Shown: positions 39,992 to 51,712 of the stretch, in pieces
Layout of the letters: the number at the start of each line of letters is the position of its first letter
Numbering within the stretch: position 1 is the first letter of the stretch
Source of the DNA: Octopus vulgaris
Lineage: Eukaryota
Reading direction: 5' to 3'
Length of the DNA stretch: 64,000 nt
NCBI GenBank assembly: GCA_951406725.2
Contig: OX597823.1
Coordinates: 68,696,001-68,760,000, forward strand
Notes under the pieces: model-generated
What the model was told of the DNA's origin: nothing
The model's input: the letters and a program-made list of their open reading frames with translations, nothing else
Databases searched by the model: none
Made by a program: the position numbers and the translations under genes

Positions 39992-40025
<34 letters not shown>
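39710..40025. repeat. (TA/CA)n low-complexity array
   Basis: Directly visible. Confidence 0.95.
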
Positions 40026-40027
<2 letters not shown>

Positions 40028-40479
40028 TTTCATGTTACATGGTAATGATACTTGGGCTATGGATGCAGAGGATTTGTGGTATCTAGAAAATAAAAATGAA
40101 GTAAACATTTTCAGCTGAATATGTAATGTTAGTGTATTTAAATGTTTTCTTTTATGCCATATTTTTTGGCATAAAAGATATGCAGGCATCTAACAGCAGT
40201 GCACATTCAGGGAAAAAGTTCTCAGTGCAGTAAAGATCATGGGAGGCCCAGCTTTGCACAAAGGATCCAGTATGACTCTTTTGAGACATTTCTTTCGGGA
40301 AGCATGTATTTTATATACCATAAAACAAAGTATCATCATCATCATCATTTAATGTCTGCCTTCCATGCTGGCATTGATGGTACCAAGTATATATATATGT
40401 ATATGTATACACACACACACACATACGCATAAAATAGTTATGTAGACATATTTCTGTGCATTATATTTATACACATTTA

Positions 40480-41490
40480 TCATCATCATCATCATCATCG
40501 TTTAGCGTCCATGCTGCATGCTAGCATGGGTTGGACGGTTCGACCGGGGATCTGGGAAGCCAGAAGGCTGCACCATACTCCAGTCTTACCTGGCAATGTT
40601 TCTACAGCTGGATGCCCTTCCTAATGCCAACCACTCCGTGAGTGTAGTGGGTGCTTCTTACGTGCTACCTGCACAGGTGCCAGGCAAGGCTGGCAATGGC
40701 CACGGTCGGAATGGTGCATTTTACGTGCCACCGGCACGGAAGCAAGTCGAGGTGGCACTGGCATCGGCCACGATTTGGATGGTGCTTTTTACGTGCCACC
40801 GGCACGGAAGCTAGTCGAGGTGGCGCTGGCATCGGCCACAATTCAGATAGTGCTTTTTACGTACCACCAGTTCAGGGGTCCTGGCATCTGCCGAGTGCCA
40901 GTTATAGGATTGGTTCAATTTCGATTCCGATTTCGATTTCGATTTCACTTGCCCCAACAGGTCTTCACAAGCATGGGTGCCTGTCGTCGGATGAGGTTCG
41001 ATATTGACTTCGCTTGCCTCAACAGGTCTTTGTGTGTCCAAGGGAGGAAAGGCATGCATAAGTGGGCTGGACTCACTTTTCCTGCCTGGTCTTCTCACGC
41101 ACAGCATATTTCCAAAGGTCTCGGTCGCTGGTCATTTCCTCAGTGAGGCCTAAAGTTCGAAGGTCGTGCTTCACCACCTCGTCCCAGGTTTTCCTGGGTC
41201 TACCTCTTCCACAGGTTCCCTCAACTGCTAGGGATTGGCACTTTTTCACACACTTATCTTCATCCATTCTCACCACATAACCGTACCAGTGCAATCGTCT
41301 CTCTTGCACACCACAACTGATGCTTCTTAGGTCCAGCATTTCTCTCAAGGTACTAACACACTGTCGAGTATGCACACTGACATTATACATCCATCGGAGC
41401 ATACTGGCTTCATTCCTCGCGAGCTTACGCATGTCCTCAGCAGTCACGGCCCATGTTTCACTGCCATGTAGCATGGCTGTTCGTACACAT
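40480..41490 (-). mobile_element. Young 5'-truncated RTE LINE (open ORF C-terminus 41073-41490, tandem-repeat 3' UTR, (GAT)n tail)
   Basis: ORF track: CVRTAMLHGSETWAVT...LRWMYNVS...VQERRLHWYGYVVRM...GRGRPRKTWDEVVKHDL, a typical RTE C-terminus. Confidence 0.92.
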
Positions 41491-41500
41491 TTATATTTGT

Positions 41501-41536
<36 letters not shown>

Positions 41537-41576
41537 GATATAAATATATATAAATAGTATAGATATATATAAATAG

Positions 41577-41617
<41 letters not shown>

Positions 41618-41619
<2 letters not shown>

Positions 41620-41950
41620 GCACATGGCTCAGTGATTAGAGTGTCAAGCTTATGATTGTGAGGTTGTGAGTTCAAATCCAGCACCGGGCTGCGTGTTGTG
41701 ATCTTGAGCAAGACACTTTATTTCACATTGCTCCAGTTCCCTCAGCTGTAGAAATGAGTTGTGATGTCACAGGTCCCAAGCTGTATCGGCTTTTGCCTTT
41801 TCCTTGGATAACACTTGCGGCGTAGAGAGGGGAGGCCAGTATGCATGGGTGACTGCTGGTCTTCTATAAACAACCTTGCCTGTACTTGTGCCTGGGAGGG
41901 GAACTTTCTAGGTGCAATCACATGGTTAGTCATGACCGAAGTGGGGGGTC
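41618..41950 (+). mobile_element. SINE type C between (TA)n tracts
   Basis: ggcacatggctcagtgattagagtg (A box)...gagttcaaatcc (B box)...cttgagcaagacactttatttcac. Confidence 0.85.
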
Positions 41951-41955
41951 TCATT

Positions 41956-42005
<50 letters not shown>

Positions 42006-42214
42006 CAGAGAAATATACATATTATATACACATATACCCCCCCCCCCACATATATATATAAGAATATTAATGCATGTATGTATATACATATACAGATATG
42101 CTTATAAATATATACATCTATATGTGTGTGTGTATATATAGATATATAGATATATATATGTATGCATGTATGTATATGTGTGTGTGTATATATATACATA
42201 TATATATATATATA

Positions 42215-42420
42215 TAGTTGTTAAAGTTAATCCAAACAAGAAAGCACAAAAAAAACACAACGCGAGAACGTGGAACAAATATAGCATTATTGGACGCTCA
42301 GGAAAGAAGGAAAGAAGGAGGGCCTAACGTTTCGAGCAGAGCTCTTCATAGGAAACATAGGAGAAGGAAAGATCCAGAGAAGGGAAGACAGAGGAAAAAA
42401 AATCAACAATGGTACACATA
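42215..42420 (-). mobile_element. Probable PLE pseudo-LTR fragment
   Basis: Carries the hammerhead motif at 42321-42357 followed by a T-rich tail on the minus strand. Confidence 0.55.
42321..42357 (-). ncRNA. Minimal hammerhead ribozyme motif with mutated CUGANGA box
   Basis: Minus strand CCTATGA-A-GAGC-TCT-GCTC-GAAA-CG-TTA: perfect 4 bp stem II, GAAA box, palindromic AACGTT stem III. Confidence 0.55.
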
Positions 42421-42760
42421 TGAGTTAATGAATGGAGTAGATAAGATCCAGGCTACATATGTTTCATAGCGAGTGGAACATCAGAAGTGGTACATAGCCA
42501 AGTGAGATGTATACTGCTGGCTACTCTTCAGGCCAATGATATCGTGATTAAAGAAAAATTATTTTTGCAAGGAGGTATATGTTAACACATGGAAGGATGT
42601 ACATGTGTTACCATGTACTTCTTTGTGACAATGTAAACTTTCATGTAATCAAGATATTAGCCTGCAGTATGCACCTCGCTTGGCTATTTACCAGTTCCAA
42701 GGTTCTGCTTGCTATGTGACTTATGTAATCCGGATCTTATGTGCTCCATTCCTTAATTCT
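42421..42760. repeat. Diverged ~105 bp inverted repeat (fold-back/MITE-like)
   Basis: Reverse complement of 42421-42525 aligns with 42656-42760 (shared cttggcta, ggatcttat, ctccatt). Confidence 0.75.
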
Positions 42761-44011
42761 TGTATTCTTACTTGCATACCCGGCAACCCTAGTTGCCTAC
42801 TGTGAAATATAAAAGAAGTTTATATTGTGGCAGCGTGGGCGGGAGCACATATATATATATATATATATATATGTACATATGTATGTATGCATGTATGGAT
42901 GGATATTTTGTATGCATGTATTCATAAAAGACCTTTTTTTCAATTTATTGTACTTTGATAAGAAACAAATCCACAACCTTCTGTCTCAATAAACCACTAT
43001 TGTCTCTGAAAGCAGTTTTTTAATACTTACTATGGATTGCTTGAAGCTAACTTTCTTCCTACACCTCGATCCTTGGATCTTATATTTATTTATATACACA
43101 TATTCACACATGCAAGCATAGATAAGCAGACAGAGACATAACTAAGTAGATAGATGGTTTGATAGATAGAGAGAGAAGGGAAGAGAAAGACAGAGACATC
43201 AAGAAAGAGAAAAGCAATGCCAAACATAGAAAGATATATGTAAGCATTTCCCCTTGTATCTCTTTACTTGTTTCAATCATTAAACTGCATATGTATCTAC
43301 TGGTGAACTTCTTTGTGTTTTGTGGCTCAATTTGAGACTAACACAAACGAGTACCATCTGGTACTCATTTCAAAAGCCTCTGTTTATTGATATTTTATAA
43401 TGAATGCCTAATGAGACACAATATGAACAACATTCACATGTAGACTGGTGAGAGCATAAGCAGACACACACAGACATGCATATGCTATGATAATGATGAT
43501 CCAACATCATCATCATTATCATTGTCATTTTATATCCACTTTTCCATGCTGATATGGGTTGGATGGCTTATACATTCCATTTTCAGCGAGGTTTTCTTTT
43601 AGCTAGTTGATCTTCATATCATCAACAACTTGTACTAGTTGCTTTTTATTGTGGCACCAGAAAGAATTTTTCTTGTAGCCTGCAAAAGTAAAGGGTCCTC
43701 TCTAAACTGTGCAATCTCCGTTCATTTGCTCAGCAGCACCAAAGGACTGTCTTGACCCCAGCAGAAAGATGAGAGAGTAATATAAAGATTGAGAGTGTGA
43801 TAGAGAATAGAGTAAAGGAAAAGTAGTAGGAAACTACATGAAACTTGTTGGTAAGGAGATTGAATAGAAATAACATGATAAACATGATGAAGGAAGATAG
43901 AATGATAGGAGGAGAACAGGCAAAAGAAGGGAATGAAGGGGGCAGAGACAGAATGATAGATATCAACAATGTATTGTAGAGGACAGATTATTATCAGATT
44001 AAGTGCAATGA

Positions 44012-44226
44012 AGGCAGTCATCTGGCAGAAACGTTAGCACGCCAGGTGAAATGCTTAGCAGTATTTTGTCTGACTTTATGTTCTGAGTTCAAATTCTGCC
44101 AAGGTTGACTTTGCCTTTCATCCTTTTGGGGTCAATAAATTAAGTACCAAGTTGTGTACTGAGGTCGATCTAATTGACTGGCTCCCTCCCCCAAAATTTC
44201 GGGCCTTGTGTCTAGAGTAGAAAAGG
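44012..44226 (+). mobile_element. SINE type B with 13 bp TSD
   Basis: TTAAGTGCAATGA at 43999-44011 and 44227-44239. Confidence 0.9.
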
Positions 44227-44357
44227 TTAAGTGCAATGACTAGAAAGTAAAACTTGGTTGATGAACCTACACAGTTACATATTGTAAATAAACACATATG
44301 TACATTCGATACATATAGAAAGGTAACACCTTTCTTTCAACATGGATGACTAATTAT

Positions 44358-44518
44358 GTACACTATTTACATTATCAGGACTGGTATCCTCATCTTGATA
44401 GTCACTTTCACCACATCTAGGATATTGTACATTCCAGCCTTGAGTGTACAACAGCCAAAATGTAGTAGACGCAACAATCAAGATGAGGGCACCAGTCTGA
44501 CTAATGTAAACCGTGTAT
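44358..44518. repeat. ~45 bp inverted repeat
   Basis: tacactatttacattatcaggactggtatcctcatcttgatag matches the reverse complement of caatcaagatgagggcaccagtctgactaatgtaaaccgtgta. Confidence 0.75.
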
Positions 44519-44826
44519 TGCTGATGTTTGTTCCTTCTCAAGCCATGCCTGGCTCATAAGGGCTAGTTTCCCTGTTTCATTAATGCAGAGGTTCCCCACC
44601 TAGATGGAACGCCAGTCCGTTACAGGTGAGCTGCTAGATGCAGGAGGAAAGAGTGAGAAAATGTTGTAGTGAAAGAGTCAGCAGAAGTTCACCATTGCCT
44701 TCTACTGGAGCTGCGTGGAGCTTAGGTGTTTCACTCATAAACACACACATCGCCTGGTCTGAGATTTGAACCCACAAGCTCTCGGATGTGAGTCCACTGC
44801 TCCAACCACTAGGTCATGTGCCTCCA
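44519..44826 (-). mobile_element. tRNA-derived SINE (type C-related) with ~18 bp TSD
   Basis: Minus-strand head gcacatgacctagtggttggag...gggttcaaatctc; flanked by actaatgtaaac(c/a)gtgta. Confidence 0.8.
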
Positions 44827-45310
44827 CTAATGTAAACAGTGTACATACTATAAATTCTTCATCTCAGAAAGATGGAGTTGTATAGATGACTAAGTTTCAA
44901 TGCAAACATCTTTAGAAGAAATTTTTCATACGCTTAATTTAAAGCAATATACTTCCTAATTTCATTAGCATTTCAAGATTTTCTTAGTTTCATCTTGTAT
45001 GAACCATAGAAACAAAATGCTCTATGATCACTTCATTTAGAAGAAGTGGCCAAATAGGTCTTCAAATCTTGAGAATGCTGTACCAAACTAAAAGTAAAGG
45101 ACTATGAATGCAATTATATTTTTAATACCACTTATGCTTGTGTGTATATACATTGGCAAGAAAATTGGAAAAACTACAGTGTTATATATCATGTCTCTTG
45201 ATACCAACTAAAATAAAAATATTTTATCAGAAACCATTCTGGTAATGCCTCCAATTCATTCATTCATTCATTCATTCATTCATTCATTCATACATACATA
45301 CATACATACA

Positions 45311-45340
<30 letters not shown>

Positions 45341-45342
<2 letters not shown>

Positions 45343-45558
45343 CGAGGGGGTGCTGAAAAGTACCTGGCTTTAAGGGTATCATGAAAGGCCTGGTTGGAGG
45401 CCCAACCTTCTGAGTTCTTTTGGAGGGCTTACAAAAACTGAAGGACCATTGCAATAAGTGTGTGAGTTTGCGAGGGGAATATTTTGAACAAAATCATAAT
45501 TAAGTCATCCTCTATTTTCTTTTACACAAAGCTCAAACTTTTCATCAACCCCTTCATA
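45341..45558 (+). mobile_element. Mariner-derived MITE
   Basis: TIR tacgagggggtgctgaaaagt ... acttttcatcaaccccttcata, TA-flanked; inside LQKLKDHCNKCVSLRGEYFE (mariner C-terminus). Confidence 0.8.
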
Positions 45559-45629
45559 TATATGCATATATATACATATATGTATATGTGCATGCACACG
45601 CACACACACACACATGCATTCATCTCATC

Positions 45630-46165
45630 ATGCCACATCTAGAGCAAGTGCCTACTACTATAGCTCGAAGCCAACCAATGCCTTATGAGTGAATTTGGTC
45701 AATAGAAACTGTATGTGTGTTGTGTCTTTGTTTCCATGCTTGTCCCACCTGTTTCTTTACTACCCACAAGGGGCTAAACACAGAGAGGACAAATAAGGAC
45801 AGTCAAATTGATTAAGTCGATTATATCGACCCCAGTGCGTAACTGGTACTTATTTAATTGACCCCAAAAGGATAAAAGGCAAAGTTGACCTTGGCAGAAT
45901 TTGAACTCAGAATGTAGCAGCAGACGAAATACTGCTAAGCATTTCGCCTGGCATGCTATCGTTTCTGCCAGCTATCCGTCTTACTTGTCCCACCACCTGA
46001 CAACTGGTGTTGGTTTGTTTATGTAATTTAGTAGCTTGGCAAAAGAGACCAATACTATAAGTACCAAGTTTACATTAATACTGAGGTCAATTTGTTCAAC
46101 TAGTCCCTTCAAGACAGTGCCCCAGTATGACCACAATTCAATGCCTGAAACAAGTAAAAGATAAA
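45630..46165 (+). mobile_element. SINE type A interrupted by a nested SINE type B
   Basis: Type A segments at 45630-45749 and 45984-46165. Confidence 0.75.
45750..45983 (-). mobile_element. Nested SINE type B with 11 bp TSD
   Basis: CTTGTCCCACC at 45739-45749 and 45984-45994. Confidence 0.9.
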
Positions 46166-46656
46166 ATATATATATATTTTTTTGTCGTATCTCTCTTCTA
46201 CAGGGTTGAATTCATTATCTATAACACACTGGGTATTGTTAATGTGTCCTTGGTTACAATAAAACTAATTTTCTGATTAATAAATAAAATTACCTGAATA
46301 GCATGAATATTTTAAAAGAAAAAAATGTATATAATGGGCTACGGTAAATATCAATTACAAATGTTAACACAAAAGTGCCAACAGTCAATAAAGCTGTGGA
46401 AGAGGTTATGATTAATTATCTTGATTAATTATATATTCGTTAGTTTTATAACTAATTCAAAAGCTCTAGAACATATATCAGTGTTTATTATGCTAATACA
46501 AAATATACTAATGGCCTTTCCTTGGCAATCACAACACATGAACTAATATAAAGGAAAACCACTCATCAAAAATTCTATTGTGCAATTCATTCTTGATATA
46601 GTATATACAGATACTTGTTCATAAAATAAACACATATATATCCACATACTCTTATA

Positions 46657-46827
46657 CAGGCATGGCTGTGTGGTAAGATGCTTGCTTCCTAGCCACATGG
46701 TTCTAAGTTCAGTCCCACTGCATTGCACCTTGGGAAAGTGTTTTTTACTATAGCCTCAGGCCAACCAAAGCCTTGTGAGTGGATTTGGTAGACGGAAACT
46801 GAAAGAAGCCAGTTGTATATGCATATA

Positions 46828-46870
<43 letters not shown>

Positions 46871-47022
46871 TTGTGTGTGTCTTTGTATCTGTTTGTTCCC
46901 CATCATCACTTGACAACTGGGGTTGGTGTGTGTACATCCCACTAACTTAGTGGTTCAGCAAAAGAAACTGATAGAATAAGTACTCCAGCATGGCCACACT
47001 CAAATGACCGAAACAAGTAAAA
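46657..47022 (+). mobile_element. SINE type A
   Basis: ggcatggctgtgtggtaagatgcttgcttcc...aagccttgtgagtggatttggtagacggaaactgaaagaagcc. Confidence 0.9.
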
Positions 47023-47474
47023 TAATTTATATGTTCACTCACATGCGCACACACACACATGCACACACAAACACACACACACACACATACTCACACGCAT
47101 ACACATTGTGATGTCCACTTCTCTGTGCTTGCATGGGTTGTACAGAATTCATTGAAGCAAATTTTCTACAGCTGCATGCTTTTGCTTTCACTACCTCTCA
47201 CTTGTCTCAAAGTGAGGTAATAATCTCACTGTCTAACAGACCACAAACAGCTTGGGCATGTTTTATGGTGGACTGCATGTAACCAACATTGTTAGCAAAG
47301 TGACTGCTTACAAATACAAAACAATCATGTGTAAAGCCATTTTACATACACCCACAGACATACATACACATAGATGTATTCACATATACATAAAAAATAT
47401 TTTTTCAGTTTCCTTCTACCGAATACACTCACAAGGTTTTAGTCAGCCCCAAGCTATAGTAGAAGACACATGCT

Positions 47475-48090
47475 GAATGGGCCAAGTGCTTTCCTCATCT
47501 TCATATCCTTAATTGCTTCATCTACCAGGGTATTGTTGATTCGGGAGCTGATCAATCAATTGGGTCAACCTTTGGCAGACTCTCCACTTCCCATTCATTC
47601 TCCACATTCAGCAGTCTTTCATAATGGCATCTCCAAGCCTCTTTCTTTGCAGAATCATTAAACGCAAGGGCACCATCATCCATGCAGACACATTTCTCTC
47701 CTATGACATCATGGTTTTCTCTCACACACTGTCTTGCAATCTGAAATACCCCAGTTCTTTGCTCCTTATGTCACTGAACACTGGCAAATTTCTTCTTGTC
47801 TATTACTCCCTTGGCTATATATACCTGTCTCCTAGCTTCCCTTCTGGCTATCTGATACATCCCCTGCGACCCCCAATCTTCCTGGAAGGTCTGTCTCTTT
47901 GCTCTAACGTTCCTGTCTACAGTATTGTTCCACCATCATGTTACCCTAGGTCTGGAAGGGACTTTGCACTAGCCACAGATTTGGTCTGTAGCACTCAGCA
48001 AGCTGTCTATCAGGAATTTCCAGCTGCCTTTTATGTCACAGAACTGTAGCTCCTCCTCCCTCTCATCAAATTTCTTGGTAAGGGTATCCC
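47475..48090 (-). mobile_element. RTE LINE internal ORF fragment (region upstream of RT)
   Basis: Minus strand VFQIARQCVRENHDVIGEKCVCMDDGALAFNDSAKKEAWRCHYERLLNVENEWE...EAIKDMKMRKALGP. Confidence 0.85.
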
Positions 48091-48108
48091 TATACATACA
48101 TACATACA

Positions 48109-48143
<35 letters not shown>

Positions 48144-48408
48144 GTACATATATACATATCTAAATTTACACACATATATATCTTATATATGTTTGTATGT
48201 ATGCCTGCATGTGTATATGTATGTGTGCATATTCTTACATATGAGTGTGTAAGTGTTTCTGCATGCATTGCTAAATACTTACGGATTGTTTGGACTTCTG
48301 GAAGAATTTCAACATAATGGATGCAGTGGATAATGTAACTGATTCATAGGATGAAGTGAAACCCATAACTTTGAATGGTGCTTGGAGAAATATGTAGTTA
48401 TATATAGT

Positions 48409-48440
<32 letters not shown>

Positions 48441-48719
48441 CTGTATCTGTAACTTTACAAGTTTTCCATAAATAAACAGTTTACTTGTGTAGGGTTTGGA
48501 AAGTTACAATACTTCTAATGCTCCCATGAGTTACTGCTGTGATGAAGTTTGTTTTACTTTGATCCATATTGTGTTGTAAACCCATGTCTATGAAGAGACT
48601 ATTTGCCTCAAGCAAAAGCTACAGCAACATACTTTCTACATTGTATACACATTTAATATGATATACAGATGGTTATTTTGATTTAATGCTGTTTCAATAG
48701 TATCCAACAATTTTATATA

Positions 48720-48915
48720 CATACACAGATACATACATACATACACAGATACATACATACATACATACATACATACATACATACATACATACATACATAC
48801 ATACATACATACATACATACATACATACATACATACACATACATATATATACACACATACATACATACATACGCACACACACATACAAACGTACATACAT
48901 ACATACATACATACA
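48720..48915. repeat. (CATA)n microsatellite
   Basis: Directly visible. Confidence 0.95.
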
Positions 48916-50991
48916 AACAAAAATACCCTGTTGTTGACGTCGAAATTCCAATGAAGGAGCCTTGGATCTAGGTTTCTCTATTGGCAAGAAATCTTGAAAT
49001 AAATCTAAATATTGACATATGTACATATACACAAAATATTTATATTCACTTTCCCCTGATGGCATTGGATATCCTTTTCAAAATGATTAGTGGAAAACCA
49101 GCTAGTGTTCCTGCACATACACATATGACAACAAATTATGTGCACAAGCTGGAGTTTTGAATGTACCATGACAGATGGTATTGATGTGACCTACCATGCA
49201 GCAATAATAATGATTAATGAGTAATCACTAGTTCCCTAATTTCAAATTTCGTTCAAAAACTAAAATTTATTTCTATATAAAAATGAGATATATGTGTGGC
49301 AAGCTTAACATAAAAAGACAATTACATGAATACAAGCTCAGAAAACGTTATTGCTTATTATTGTTAAGTGTTGGGTGTTGAATGAAGGATTTTATCTCTG
49401 GACATCTAGCTATATTTTTCCTGCTTTTAACTTAAGTAAGAATGGCAAGAGTAACGATGGTGGTGATGACAGCAATAGCGATGGTGATGTTCATTGGGTA
49501 AATAGAATTACAATGTTATGGAGTTGGGTGAAATAGAACTACTGGCATTTGTAAACATTAGTCAACCAGCTATCCCAACTTTGCACATAACCTACGGCTA
49601 TGTTTTAGCCAATTTTCAGGTAATAGGTTGGTCATATATATCATCAAATACAATATTCATAATGAAAAATAATTTAATTCCACTGGATACACCAGTGGAA
49701 TTAATTAGAGTATTTTTAATATGTTTTCATGTATGTTATTGTTATATAATTCAACTAGATTCAATCTATTGGTCAGAAGCAAAACAAAATCCTGGGGTTT
49801 GAAATTCAATAACACTTTCCAGCTTAAAATCTTAATTTGTTATATTGAGTTTTCTGCTCTAGTATCTGGAAACTACACTTCAGTTACTACATTTTGCTTT
49901 TTTAAAGAGAGAAATTGAATAGAGCAGAAATTTACTCATTATGTCAAAAAGATGAAAGACATGCTATATAAAATTGTCACATATTTTAAGAATAAAATAA
50001 AACATGGAAACATTGCTTAACATGGAATGATATGAAATTTAAAATATATGTACCAGATGACATCAAGCATATCCTAGCATGCTCACCATGAATAGCAATG
50101 AAGTACGATGAAATGAACTTTAAAAAGTTATATGCAGCTGCAGTCATATTCATAGTTTTCACCTAAGTTCACACCTTTATTCCTAAGTTAAATTTCTCTG
50201 ATTGTGATTAGAAAGCAATTAGAATGCCTCAGATTAAGTTATCACTAAAACTCACGCCCAGCTTTCATAATAAACAGTTGCTATGTTGCTAAATGTATAA
50301 GACTTTGATTACATTAATACAAGCACAATGCTATTCAACAGAAATCAGAGATCTATAACCTGAAAGTGCGGTTGTTTTAAAAGCTTTATTTAACATTTGC
50401 TTAACTCTTTTCTGCTTTTTCTTTTTCTGCTTTTATATATCACTTTCCTATTTTATATAAGAATATAAAATACATCAGAACCTTCTGGCTCTGATGTTTT
50501 TTCATTTAAAATATCTATTCTGATGATTTCTCTCTTCAATTTTTAAGACATTTTGTGGCATATTTTTTATTTCATACACCCTTCGCTTGGTATTTTACAT
50601 CTCTATGCCAAAAACTATAAAAAAAGAAAGAAAAAAAAATTGAAGCAAAGAAGGTTCATAATAAAAATTATAATCTATTTTACTTTTTAATTACAAGATG
50701 AATATCCATAAAAACAGTGTCTGGAGTAGCTGGCAGTTGTCTGTGCTAGCAAAATTTATACAGTAAAGTTTGTGGGTCTGTATGCAATTCATATATCTGT
50801 TCAAATGAATTGATTTCTCTCTCTGAGATGAAGGTTCTGTAAGGTAATGTCAGATTCCTATTCTCTTCATGGCATATAAACTTACCTAAAAATATGGACT
50901 TCATTGTCAAATATAACTATTCAAACTATAGTCTTATTAGATTAGAGAGCAAAAGAACAAAGCACTTTTGAAAAAGCCAATATTAGTTAAC

Positions 50992-51163
50992 TGCCAAGTT
51001 AGTGAGCTGGCATAATCGTTAGCACACCAAGCAAAATGCTTAGCAACATTTGTCTTTCATCCTTTCAGGGCCGATAAAATAAGTACCAGTTGAGCACCAT
51101 GGCTGATATAATTGACATAACCCCTCCCCCAGACTTGCTGGTCTTGTGCCACAATTTAAAACT
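50992..51163 (+). mobile_element. SINE type B with internal deletion and 13 bp TSD
   Basis: AATATTAGTTAAC at 50979-50991 and 51164-51176. Confidence 0.8.
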
Positions 51164-51712
51164 AATATTAGTTAACATTACTTCCTAGTTTCAGTATCAA
51201 TAACATACACTGTTGAATATCACATGCAAGAAGAACTTCAGACTTTGAAAGAGGTATTATATAATCAAATACCAAACAAATCTAGATAAAAAGTCAAATT
51301 GTATGCCTATAGGTATAGCAATTTATTTTCTATTTTTTCATGAATTTCAAGTATTTTTCTTTTCTATAACAATATTTATCTCTTAAATACTAAAAACAAA
51401 AGAACTTATTTAAAAACTTTCTCCATTAAATAATATACTGTTTGCATTAGCAAATATAAATTTTTCTAAGTAGGTCTGCAATTTTATAATATTTGAGCGA
51501 ATGAATTATCAGTCTCAGCTAGAATGTGTTAGCTAGTGTGCTATCACTAGCACTATCTTTTAGTTTGGATAAAGCTCTAAACCAAATTGCCTAACTATTT
51601 GTGAAACCAGATATATACTTCGATCAATTAAAATATCAAAATCAAATCTTTTCACTCATTAATAAAATACAATGAATCATTTTACAGGTGGTTCTTAATG
51701 TCTGTTAATGTA

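Noticed and set aside
41073-41711. 212 aa ORF as a host gene
   Set aside because: Chance fusion of antisense SINE, (TA)n and the RTE ORF C-terminus.
42490-42532. Minus-strand CTGAAGA followed by a TAGCCA/TGGCTA stem
   Set aside because: No GAAA box after the stem in either arm.
48925-49010. ccaatgaaggagccttggatctaggtt as a hammerhead variant
   Set aside because: No GAAA or stem III in this copy; not supportable from the window.
49972-49990. TGAAAGACATG match to the miR-71 5' end
   Set aside because: Only 11 nt match and no precursor hairpin.
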